Virus record (IMG/VR): IMGVR_UViG_3300006802_000512
Location: 1-25,162 of that record
Direction: 5' to 3' (one strand)
Origin: a virus
Taxonomy: Duplodnaviria > Caudoviricetes
Length of the DNA stretch: 25,162 nucleotides
In this document: positions 1 to 7,635 of the stretch, piece by piece
Layout of the letters: each line of letters opens with the position of its first letter
Numbering within the stretch: position 1 is the stretch's first letter
Notes under the pieces: model-generated
Seen by the model: only the letters and a program-made list of their open reading frames with translations
What the model was told of the DNA's origin: nothing
Databases searched by the model: none
Made by a program: the position numbers and the translations under genes

Positions 1-1
1 T

Positions 2-94
2 AATATAGAATTTTTAAGAGATCAATTAGAAAAAGCATTAAGTGATATTGAAGATTTAAAAGATAAGGTTAGAGCAAATGGGACGAGTCACTAG
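2..94 (+). CDS. 3' end of a truncated hypothetical protein (coiled-coil-like C-terminus)
   Basis: Open frame from the window edge: NIEFLRDQLEKALSDIEDLKDKVRANGTSH*, TAG at 92-94; overlaps the next ATG at 78. Confidence 0.6.
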   Translation, partial: NIEFLRDQLEKALSDIEDLKDKVRANGTSH

Positions 95-242
95 AAAAAT
101 AGTTGAGTACATTAGTGATATGGAAAAGAAAGCTAAACAAATGAGCTTTATAAGAAATTTAAAAAAAGAAGTTGAAACTGGCAAACATGGTACACAAAAG
201 TATGTCATTAAACAAGGACAAAACAAAGGTAAAGTATTATGA
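78..242 (+). CDS. Small hypothetical phage protein (54 aa), not in ORF track
   Basis: MGRVTRKIVEYISDMEKKAKQMSFIRNLKKEVETGKHGTQKYVIKQGQNKGKVL*; stop overlaps the next start (ATGA 239-242). Confidence 0.75.
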   Translation: MGRVTRKIVEYISDMEKKAKQMSFIRNLKKEVETGKHGTQKYVIKQGQNKGKVL

Positions 243-451
243 TTGAAACAGTTGTGGCTTTACTAATGATAGTAAATAATGAAATTAAAGAACATAGAAT
301 ACAAGTTTCTATGAGTGATTGTTTAAAAGGTAAAAGAGTAGCTTCAAGAGCAATAGACAATAATGTTTCTTACCAATGTATTAAATCAAAAGCAGAATTA
401 GAAAAAAATATTGATGGAAGTTTATCGATAAAGAAGCTAATACTGGAGTAG
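239..451 (+). CDS. Hypothetical protein (70 aa), short hydrophobic N-terminus, two Cys
   Basis: ORF track; ATGA coupling upstream, directly abuts ATG 452. Confidence 0.75.
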   Translation: MIETVVALLMIVNNEIKEHRIQVSMSDCLKGKRVASRAIDNNVSYQCIKSKAELEKNIDGSLSIKKLILE

Positions 452-973
452 ATGATTCAAAAAATCGAAGAAGTTTTAGATAGAAAAGAAAACGAAAATT
501 TAAAACAATTACTATTGATATGTTCCGATTGGCGTATATCTATAGATAATGCTAAAAACGGTTATACTGTTGATAATGGTTTTTGCTGCATTCCACAATC
601 AAAACAAAACATAAACACTTCAAAAGAAAATAAAGAATTAACTGAAATAGCAGATACAATTGCTGCAAGAATTAAAAAAAAATTAAATATAAATGCAGAT
701 GTTGTAAGATATTATTACAATTTATATACTAAATCAGCAGTAGGGTCTTTACATGTTGATGAGAATGATGATAACTTTTTGTCAATTGTGTATAGCATCG
801 ATGACGATGGTTATACAATTATAAATGACGAGAAACATTATGATAAACCAAGACAAGCTAAAATCTTTAATAGCAATATCTTGCATTGTGGAAGTCCACC
901 AATTTACAACAAATTCAGATTTAATTTAAATATTGTATTAGAACTAAAGGAAAACTATGAACTTAAGCCGTAA
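452..973 (+). CDS. 2OG-Fe(II) oxygenase superfamily protein
   Basis: HxD (LHVD), distal His (FNSNILHCG) and Arg (RFNLNIV) in double-stranded beta-helix order. Confidence 0.75.
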   Translation: MIQKIEEVLDRKENENLKQLLLICSDWRISIDNAKNGYTVDNGFCCIPQSKQNINTSKENKELTEIADTIAARIKKKLNINADVVRYYYNLYTKSAVGSLHVDENDDNFLSIVYSIDDDGYTIINDEKHYDKPRQAKIFNSNILHCGSPPIYNKFRFNLNIVLELKENYELKP

Positions 974-1433
974 TTTTACTCTTTCAGAGTTAACTAAATC
1001 AGATACTGCAATTAGGAAGGGAATTAATAATAATCCTAACGCAGAACAAATAGAAAAATTAAAAGGTTTGTGTGAAAATATTTTACAGCCAGTACGTGAT
1101 CACTTCGGCAGAGTTAAGGTAACCAGTGGATTTCGAAGCGTGGATTTATGTATGGCTATTGGCAGCTCTGCAAATTCGCAGCATGCCAAAGCTGAAGCCG
1201 CAGACTTCGAATGTGTTGGAGTCGACAACGCTGAACTTTTTGATTGGATTAAAAATAACCTTGAGCCAGATCAACTGATCCTCGAATACTATACGCCTGG
1301 AGAACCTAACAGCGGATGGATACATTGCAGTTGGATTGAAGGAACACCAAGAGCTAGTTTTTTACATGCGTATAAATCAGAGGGAAGAACTAAATATAAA
1401 CCAATATTAGGATCAGCCAAAGAACTTGTGTGA
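957..1433 (+). CDS. Peptidase M15A family protein (putative endolysin / peptidoglycan peptidase)
   Basis: N-terminal LSRNFTLSELTKS, VTSGFRS, Zn ligands SQH-x6-D (SQHAKAEAAD) and WIHCS; AAGGA SD upstream. Confidence 0.88.
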   Translation: MNLSRNFTLSELTKSDTAIRKGINNNPNAEQIEKLKGLCENILQPVRDHFGRVKVTSGFRSVDLCMAIGSSANSQHAKAEAADFECVGVDNAELFDWIKNNLEPDQLILEYYTPGEPNSGWIHCSWIEGTPRASFLHAYKSEGRTKYKPILGSAKELV

Positions 1434-2161
1434 GAGATATAATTGTTATTTCTGATATCTTTGACAAAGGTTTAGGAGATCATTTCTGTGCTTCAGCTGC
1501 ACTTAGGTCTTATTACAATAACAATTTTCAAGCTCATAAAATTGTGCTGTTTTCACAATATCCTGATCTGTATGCACAACAAACTTACATAAATCAATCA
1601 TTTGGTTTAGAACATTTAGCTGCATTAGATTATGGTGCTAAAACTGATTTTGAATATGAAAAGATAATACATCTTTATTCAAAGAAAGATTTTAAAGATA
1701 AAACAAATATTGTTGAACAATATTGTGAAAAACTTGGAGTAAAGCCTGAGCATTATCCTAACTTTGAAATAAGACATAATAGGTATAAATTTGATAAGAC
1801 AATACTACTAGCTTTAGAAACAGGTCAAAAACATAAGAGTGTATGGAATGCTAAAGAGGTAGAACAAGAATTAATAAAAAGATTTCCTCAATTTAACTTT
1901 GTTACAACTAAACAATTTGAACGTCTGCCTGCTGACCATTTACCTGAAATTTGCAGCAAGATGTCAGGGTATGTGTCTATTAACTCTGGTTATTATCATC
2001 TTTTACATAATAAAGAGTATATTAAAAAAGGCATACATTTGTATGTAGATGATGTTTATAAATACAAGTTTGGCTATAAAGACTCAGTACATTATAAATT
2101 TGATAAGATCATCAATGTTGATAATCTCTGTGAAGTATTCTATAATACCTTATGCCAATAG
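1430..2161 (+). CDS. GT9-like (heptosyltransferase-type, GT-B fold) glycosyltransferase
   Basis: N-terminal GLGD-x(4)-AALR motif, C-terminal YVSINSGYYHL (GT9 D/N-S-G-x-x-H); GTG start overlapping the upstream stop (GTGA). Confidence 0.65.
   Translation: MRDIIVISDIFDKGLGDHFCASAALRSYYNNNFQAHKIVLFSQYPDLYAQQTYINQSFGLEHLAALDYGAKTDFEYEKIIHLYSKKDFKDKTNIVEQYCEKLGVKPEHYPNFEIRHNRYKFDKTILLALETGQKHKSVWNAKEVEQELIKRFPQFNFVTTKQFERLPADHLPEICSKMSGYVSINSGYYHLLHNKEYIKKGIHLYVDDVYKYKFGYKDSVHYKFDKIINVDNLCEVFYNTLCQ
2118..2146 (+). promoter_or_regulatory. sigma70-type promoter, probably leaderless for ORF at 2152
   Basis: TTGATA(2118-2123)-N17-TATAAT(2141-2146); ATG 2152 lies 5 nt after the -10; no SD. Confidence 0.75.
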
Positions 2162-2283
2162 GAAGAACTGCAATACCAAAACAAATAGATGGAAAGCTTA
2201 GAGGAGCGAGAGATGAAAAAAAGAAGAAAAGACGTGTCATCTCCAAATTATATCGCAAAAAGCCTAAGGTCTTCAAAGTTTAG
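2152..2283 (+). CDS. Small basic protein (43 aa), not in ORF track
   Basis: MPIGRTAIPKQIDGKLRGARDEKKKKRRVISKLYRKKPKVFKV*; start sits at the predicted transcription start; 17/43 K+R. Confidence 0.6.
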   Translation: MPIGRTAIPKQIDGKLRGARDEKKKKRRVISKLYRKKPKVFKV

Positions 2284-2374
2284 TCAAAAAGTGCTACAAT
2301 CTAAGAAGTTGTACAACCGCAAAAAGGAGAAGTCATACACTCTCAAAGCGGCCGCTAATAAGGAGAACAAATAA
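2213..2374 (+). CDS. Small basic protein with ArfA-like core (53 aa; start revised from 2189)
   Basis: GAGGAG SD at 2201-2206 before ATG 2213; NYIAKSLRSSKFSQKVLQSKKLYNRKK resembles the ArfA core; TAATG coupling to the next gene. Confidence 0.65.
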   Translation: MKKRRKDVSSPNYIAKSLRSSKFSQKVLQSKKLYNRKKEKSYTLKAAANKENK

Positions 2375-3069
2375 TGGCTACATCTGGAACAGTTGCTTTT
2401 AATTTAAGCATAGATGAAATTATTGATGAGGGTTATGAGAGATGTGGTTTATCTACTAACTCTGGTTATGATATGCGTTCAGCAAGAAGAAGCTTAAATC
2501 TTCTTTTATCTGAATGGGGTAATAGAGGAATACATCTATGGAAAGTAGCTTTGCATGAAGCAGCTTTAGTTTCAGGACAAGCTGAGTATGCTGTAAGCTC
2601 TAGTGTAAGTGATGTACTAGAAGCTTTTGTTTCTTCTACAGCTGCATCAGGTGATAGTGCAAGTACTCAAGATATATCTTTATCAAAAATTGACAGATCT
2701 ACATATGCTGCTTTACCAAATAAGTTATCTGTAGGACAACCATCACAATATTATGTTGCAAGAGAAACAACACCTAAAATTTATTTATACCAAGCACCTG
2801 ATTTAAATACTTATACAACTTTAAAATACTATGTGATAAAAAGAATTGAAGACGCTGGAGCATATACTAATGACCCCGATGTAGTTTATAGATTTTTACC
2901 TTGTTTAGCTGCAGGTATGGCTTACTACACGTCTATGAAAAAAGCTCCTCAACTTGTTCAACAAAATAAATTAATTTATGAGGATGAACTAAAAAGAGCT
3001 TTAGATGAAGATGGTCAAAGAGCTTCTACGTTTATATCACCTCAGACATATTTTGGAGATGGTGTATAA
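2374..3069 (+). CDS. Head-tail adaptor protein (P22 gp4 / tail tubular A-like)
   Basis: Helical N-terminus EIIDEGYERCG...ARRSLNLLLSEWGNRG, central GQPSQYY, C-terminal helices CLAAGMAYY; AGGAG SD; first gene of the tail block. Confidence 0.65.
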   Translation: MATSGTVAFNLSIDEIIDEGYERCGLSTNSGYDMRSARRSLNLLLSEWGNRGIHLWKVALHEAALVSGQAEYAVSSSVSDVLEAFVSSTAASGDSASTQDISLSKIDRSTYAALPNKLSVGQPSQYYVARETTPKIYLYQAPDLNTYTTLKYYVIKRIEDAGAYTNDPDVVYRFLPCLAAGMAYYTSMKKAPQLVQQNKLIYEDELKRALDEDGQRASTFISPQTYFGDGV

Positions 3070-3518
3070 TGGGTAAGTTTGCAACTGGAAAAAGATCATT
3101 AGCTATATCTGATAGATCAGGACAAGCTTTTCCATATAATGAAATGGTAAAAGAATGGAATGGTTCATTAGTGCATACATCTGAATATGAACCAAAACAT
3201 CCACAGATTAGAAGACGAAGACAAGTATCTGATGCAATAGCTTTACAGAATGCAAGAGTACAAAAGTTTCAACAACCTATACAACCATTTATAAATAATC
3301 CTACAAGTGATGTGACTATAACTAACTCTGGTGGAACAATGGTTGGTGTTGCTAATTTAGAATTACCTGGAGACTTCGCATTCAAAACACAAGATTTTGA
3401 AATTACAAGAAATGGAGTAACTTCTATACTTCATTCTATGATTCCAGAAGATCCTGCTTTACAAAATAGAAGAAGACAATTAAACGCACAATTGGGTGCA
3501 GTAACAGTGGTAACATAA
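3069..3518 (+). CDS. Conserved phage hypothetical protein (possible degenerate Zn-ribbon N-terminus)
   Basis: AISDRSG...EWNGSLVHTSEYEPKHPQ; TAATG-coupled on both sides. Confidence 0.7.
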   Translation: MGKFATGKRSLAISDRSGQAFPYNEMVKEWNGSLVHTSEYEPKHPQIRRRRQVSDAIALQNARVQKFQQPIQPFINNPTSDVTITNSGGTMVGVANLELPGDFAFKTQDFEITRNGVTSILHSMIPEDPALQNRRRQLNAQLGAVTVVT

Positions 3519-4171
3519 TGGCAGTAACATACGCAAATTTTTTAACACAAATTAGAAACTACACAGAAGTAGATAGTAATGTTTTGACTGATGCTATTAT
3601 TCAAGATTTTATAAGATCTGTGGAATTAGATATTGCAGGTAAGGTTGATTATGATGATTTAAGAAAATACTCAAACTCTACGTTTACTGCTTCAAACAGA
3701 TATGTAAGTCTTCCATCTGATTTAACAATTATTAGATCTGTTCAAGTAATTAGCGGTTCTACTAGAACATTTTTAGAAAAAAGAGATACAAGTTTTATAT
3801 CTGAATATAATAACAACGCAGCTACAGGACTACCTAAATATTATGCTAATTGGGATGACTTCAATTTTATAGTAGCTCCAATCCCTGATTCTAATTATAG
3901 TGTACAAATAAACTACATACAGGATCCACCTCAATTTACTTCATCTACCGAAACTTTTATTTCTAAGTATCAGGAGTCTATGTTATTACATGGGACACTA
4001 GCTGAAGCATACCGGTTCTTAAAAGGGCCTATGGATCTATACAACCTCTATCAAAAGAAGTATGATGAAGAAGTACAAAATTTTGCTCTTCAACAAATGG
4101 GGAGAAGAAGACGTGCAGAATACGATGATGGAGTGCCAAGAATTAAGGTTCCTTCACCATCGCCAAATTAA
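3518..4171 (+). CDS. Second adaptor-like virion protein
   Basis: TYANFLTQIRNY...IIQDFIRSVELDI, YVSLPSDL, GLPKYYA, IVAPIPD, LLHGTLAEAYRFLK: pattern typical of phage adaptor/neck proteins. Confidence 0.6.
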   Translation: MAVTYANFLTQIRNYTEVDSNVLTDAIIQDFIRSVELDIAGKVDYDDLRKYSNSTFTASNRYVSLPSDLTIIRSVQVISGSTRTFLEKRDTSFISEYNNNAATGLPKYYANWDDFNFIVAPIPDSNYSVQINYIQDPPQFTSSTETFISKYQESMLLHGTLAEAYRFLKGPMDLYNLYQKKYDEEVQNFALQQMGRRRRAEYDDGVPRIKVPSPSPN

Positions 4172-4192
4172 TAATTTAGAAGGAGGCCTACT

Positions 4193-4627
4193 ATGGCAAT
4201 AACAACTAACGCAATCTGTAATTCTTTTAAAAAAGAATTATTAGAAGCAAAACATGACTTCACTCAGACTACTGGTGATAAATTTAAATTATCTATGTAC
4301 ACTAGCTCAGCAACTTTAGGTAAATCTACAACTTCATTTACAACTGGTAACGAAGTTACGTCACCTGCTGGATACACTTCAGGTGGAGGTGCTCTTGTTA
4401 ACACAGGAACATCATTAGCTTCAAACACAGCTATAACTGACTTTGCAGACCTATCGTTTACAAACGTTACATTAACTGCGAGAGGTTCACTAATTTATAA
4501 TACATCTAACTCTAATAGTGCGGTGGCTGTATTGGATTTTGGTGGTGATAAGACTGCAACTAGCGGAACTTTCACTATTCAATTTCCTGCGTTTACAACC
4601 TCTGCTGCAATATTAAGGATTGCATAA
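4193..4627 (+). CDS. Virion structural protein (tail-associated, beta-rich)
   Basis: Strong AGGAGG SD; Thr/Ser/Ala-rich; FKLSMYT, GYTSGG, ARGSLIYN, VLDFGGDK motifs seen in phage tail modules. Confidence 0.65.
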   Translation: MAITTNAICNSFKKELLEAKHDFTQTTGDKFKLSMYTSSATLGKSTTSFTTGNEVTSPAGYTSGGGALVNTGTSLASNTAITDFADLSFTNVTLTARGSLIYNTSNSNSAVAVLDFGGDKTATSGTFTIQFPAFTTSAAILRIA

Positions 4628-4643
4628 GAAGTAAAAGGTATGA

Positions 4644-5861
4644 ATGTCGAAAACATGGGGTGCACTTGATTGGGGACAAGGTAGCTGGGCAGCACAAGGT
4701 GATGCCGGTGTTACTGTTACTGGTCTAAGTGCCTCCACGACAATCACAAATGTAGTACCTGACACTGAAGTTAATTCAGGTTATGGTAGAGCAGCTTGGA
4801 GCGAAGGTTCTTGGGGTATTGCTGGAGATGTATTAGCTCAAGGGCAACAATTACAAACACAAATTACAGCAGTCGTTGTCGATAACGAAATCAACGTAGG
4901 TTGGGGTGGAGACACTTGGGGAGAAAATGCTTGGGGAGAATTATCAGGTGTTTATCAAGATGTAACTGGACAATCATTAACACCAACAACAGGTTCACCA
5001 ACACCTAGAGGTGATTGTAATATTGAAGTAGGATCTGTTAGCTTAACATCATCTATTGGCCAAGGTATATACGGAGTATCATTTACTTTTGATGCTACTG
5101 GGTTATCTTTATCTACCTCAATGGGAGAAGAGACAATTGGAATAGGTGTAAACGTAACTGGATCACAACTTCAAACAACTCCTGGAGGAGTAACTATTGA
5201 TGAAAGCTTACTAACTGGAATTGGTTGGGGTAGAAGAGCTTGGGGTAACCTTGCTTGGGGTGAAGCATATTCAGTAGTATTAACTGGACAAGAATTATCA
5301 TCTTCAATTGGTGAAGAGACAGCGTTTACAGATGTTACTGTATCTGTCACTGGACAAGAAATGTCTATGACTTTAGCTGGTAACTTCTCAATACAAATTG
5401 ACCAAGATATATTTGTATTTGCAACAGAAGACCAATTAGATTTATCATTAGGTAACTTTAGTTTAGAACAAAGCACTAATGAAACAGCTACCGGACAACA
5501 ATTAACAAGCACTACTGGAGACGTAGAAGCATTTCAAAACACGCCTGTTGATGTAACAGGAATATCACTATCTTCAAGCTTAGGTTCTATTAATTTAATA
5601 CAATCAACCGTAGAGCCTGTAACAGGTATTGCAGCAACTTTGGAACTAGGGGACGAAGAAGAAATTCCAGGACAAGTTATAGGTGTGACGGGTCAGGCCT
5701 TAACATCAGCTGCAGGTTCTGTAACAATTGCAGCAAATGCTGATGTTTCATTAACTGGCATATCATTGACTTCTTCAGTAGGTGCACCTAATATAACTGC
5801 GTGGGCTGAAATAAATCCAGGTGTAAACAATGTTTGGGAGCCTGTTGACTTAGCCGCTTAG
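4644..5861 (+). CDS. Repeat-rich acidic virion/tail protein (WG clusters and ~22-aa TG-x-x-L repeats)
   Basis: Four aromatic-x4-W-x4-W clusters and ~14 VTGQxLxxxxG-like units; lies between the structural gene and the fibre. Confidence 0.65.
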   Translation: MSKTWGALDWGQGSWAAQGDAGVTVTGLSASTTITNVVPDTEVNSGYGRAAWSEGSWGIAGDVLAQGQQLQTQITAVVVDNEINVGWGGDTWGENAWGELSGVYQDVTGQSLTPTTGSPTPRGDCNIEVGSVSLTSSIGQGIYGVSFTFDATGLSLSTSMGEETIGIGVNVTGSQLQTTPGGVTIDESLLTGIGWGRRAWGNLAWGEAYSVVLTGQELSSSIGEETAFTDVTVSVTGQEMSMTLAGNFSIQIDQDIFVFATEDQLDLSLGNFSLEQSTNETATGQQLTSTTGDVEAFQNTPVDVTGISLSSSLGSINLIQSTVEPVTGIAATLELGDEEEIPGQVIGVTGQALTSAAGSVTIAANADVSLTGISLTSSVGAPNITAWAEINPGVNNVWEPVDLAA

Positions 5862-5873
5862 CAATAGTAAAAT
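5845..5873 (+). promoter_or_regulatory. sigma70-type promoter for the tail fibre gene
   Basis: TTGACT(5845-5850)-N17-TAAAAT(5868-5873); AGGAG SD at 5886-5890, ATG 5901. Confidence 0.7.
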
Positions 5874-5900
5874 TATACTTAAATTAGGAGAAAAAAATTT

Positions 5901-7151
5901 ATGGCATCTAATTATTCATCTGACCTTGCACTGGAGTTAATGACCACTGGTGAAAACGCTGGTACATGGGGAGATAAAACTAATACAAACTTAAACTTAA
6001 TTCAACAAGCAGTCGCTGGTTATGAAGCAGTAGCATTAGCTGATGGTGGAACAGTAACACTAGTTATGTCTGATGCTGCATTATCAAATGCAAGAAACAT
6101 GGTAATTAAATTTACTGGTACTTTAACTGGAGCTTCTGCTGTACATATTCCAGACTCAATAGAAAAATTTTATATATTTGATTGTTCTGCTGTTACAGGT
6201 GTAACAAACTTAACTATCAAAACTGTTAGTGGAACTGGCTTTACTGTAGGCGAAGCAAAAATTATAGCTGCTTACACAGACGGAACTAACTTAAACGAAA
6301 TTGCACTTAATACAATTGGTGGTACAATTGGTACTGCTCAAATTGATGACGATGCAATTACAAACGCTAAGATTGCAGACGATGCGATTCAAGCTGCACA
6401 AATTTCAAACAACGCAGTTGTAACGGCAGGCATTTTAGATGCAAATGTAACTACTGCTAAAATTGCGGATGATGCAGTAACTCAAGCAAAAATTGCAGAT
6501 GATGCTGTTGGTGCTGACCAACTTGTTAACACTGCAGTAAGTGCAGGAACTTACACAGCTGCAACTATTACAGTTGATGCTCAAGGAAGACTTACTGCTG
6601 CTTCTGCAGGAGCTTCTGCAGTTCCAGATATGATACTTACTCAATCATTTGTTGGCCCATCTTCTGGAACTTTTACAAAATCAACTAACGCTAATTTTGT
6701 TGGGTCTTACATTGTTGGTGGCGGAGGAAATGGTGGTAACAACCAACCTGGATTTAACTCAACTGGAGGAACTGGTGGAAAAGGTGGCTTCGGTTATTTT
6801 GCTGCACCCTCAGGAAGTCCATTAACAGTCCCTTACTCTATTCCTGGCCCTGGTGGAGGAACAACAAATCTTTCAAACATTGGTAGAGCTAATGGTGGAG
6901 GTGAAGGACAAACTGGAAGAAACTCTAATGGATTTAGAGGAGCTCCTGGTACTGTCGGAAGTATTACAACTGCTCCATCAAACATTGCAAATGTTTCTTA
7001 TGACTACGGAGGAAACACAGGTTTTGCGGATAATATAAGACTTATTATTACTGGTTCAAACAACATCGGTTCAGGTGGCCCTAACGGAACAGCACCGGGT
7101 TCACAAGGAAGACCAGGCGGAATAATAGTTTATGAGGATTTAGGTACGTAA
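5901..7151 (+). CDS. Tail fibre / receptor-binding protein
   Basis: Fibre-type N-terminus (TGENAGTWGDKTNTNL), 10-aa AKIADDAVT repeats, ITVDAQGRLT knuckle motif, Gly-rich C-terminal domain. Confidence 0.8.
   Translation: MASNYSSDLALELMTTGENAGTWGDKTNTNLNLIQQAVAGYEAVALADGGTVTLVMSDAALSNARNMVIKFTGTLTGASAVHIPDSIEKFYIFDCSAVTGVTNLTIKTVSGTGFTVGEAKIIAAYTDGTNLNEIALNTIGGTIGTAQIDDDAITNAKIADDAIQAAQISNNAVVTAGILDANVTTAKIADDAVTQAKIADDAVGADQLVNTAVSAGTYTAATITVDAQGRLTAASAGASAVPDMILTQSFVGPSSGTFTKSTNANFVGSYIVGGGGNGGNNQPGFNSTGGTGGKGGFGYFAAPSGSPLTVPYSIPGPGGGTTNLSNIGRANGGGEGQTGRNSNGFRGAPGTVGSITTAPSNIANVSYDYGGNTGFADNIRLIITGSNNIGSGGPNGTAPGSQGRPGGIIVYEDLGT
6327..6539 (+). repeat. Seven degenerate 30-nt (10-aa) tandem repeats in the fibre shaft
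   Basis: IGTAQIDDDA / ITNAKIADDA / IQAAQISNNA / VVTAGILDAN / VTTAKIADDA / VTQAKIADDA / VGADQLVNTA. Confidence 0.85.
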
Positions 7152-7152
7152 T

Positions 7153-7617
7153 ATGGCAACATTAATTAAAAGAGATAACGGAACTATGCATAAAGTCTGT
7201 TTGACTGAAGCACACGTAAATGCACAAAACCTTCAAGAAGAATTATATACTGAAGGACAATACACTAAAATGGAAATTTCTACAGCTGAGGCAAATGATG
7301 TAAGACATGGAAACAAACATTACATTGAAAATGCTTGGGTTGTTTCAGAAGATAGAGAAGCTCCTGAAGATGGAATTAAAACACATCACTTTCTTAACAA
7401 ATCAGATTTTGATGGAGCAGTTGCTGCAGAGATTAAAATTTTTGAACATTTCTTAGCACTCAATCCTGATAATGCTATGGCAGCAGAAATATCAACTTAT
7501 GTTGATGCTCTTAAAGCTTTAGATACTTCTGGTATTAGTTTCCCATTAGCACATAATGTATGTAGCTATATGGAATCTACAGGTACTACTTCATTCAGTC
7601 CTTTACAATGTCCTTAA
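7153..7617 (+). CDS. Hypothetical protein, possible tail fibre assembly chaperone
   Basis: Immediately after the fibre; C-terminal YVDALKALD-x-S-x-I-x-FP recalls the Tfa-type Y..AL.....WP pattern. Confidence 0.5.
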   Translation: MATLIKRDNGTMHKVCLTEAHVNAQNLQEELYTEGQYTKMEISTAEANDVRHGNKHYIENAWVVSEDREAPEDGIKTHHFLNKSDFDGAVAAEIKIFEHFLALNPDNAMAAEISTYVDALKALDTSGISFPLAHNVCSYMESTGTTSFSPLQCP

Positions 7618-7630
7618 TAATTGATATTTA
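7602..7630 (+). promoter_or_regulatory. sigma70-type promoter (extended -10), probably leaderless, heading the oxygenase cluster
   Basis: TTTACA(7602-7607)-N17-TATTTA(7625-7630) with TG at 7622-7623; ATG 7636 lies 5 nt downstream; no SD. Confidence 0.6.
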
Positions 7631-7635
7631 GCCTT

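Noticed and set aside
2348-2355. GCGGCCGC (NotI) palindrome in AT-rich DNA
   Set aside because: Single occurrence explained by Ala-Ala-Ala codons; no sign of vector sequence.
4644-5270. WG/GW motifs as Argonaute hooks or WxxW C-mannosylation sites
   Set aside because: Spacing is W-x4-W rather than WxxW, the context is a phage tail gene, and these are eukaryotic mechanisms.
6853-7038. Alternative-frame plus-strand ORFs at 6853-7038 and 23526-23723
   Set aside because: Nested in long genes; the Leu/Glu/Val-rich composition is what a shifted reading of the host gene's codons gives; no slippery site or convincing start noticed.
5901-7617. Diversity-generating retroelement or invertible tail-fibre cassette
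   Set aside because: No reverse transcriptase, recombinase, template/variable repeat pair or inverted fibre copy seen in the window.
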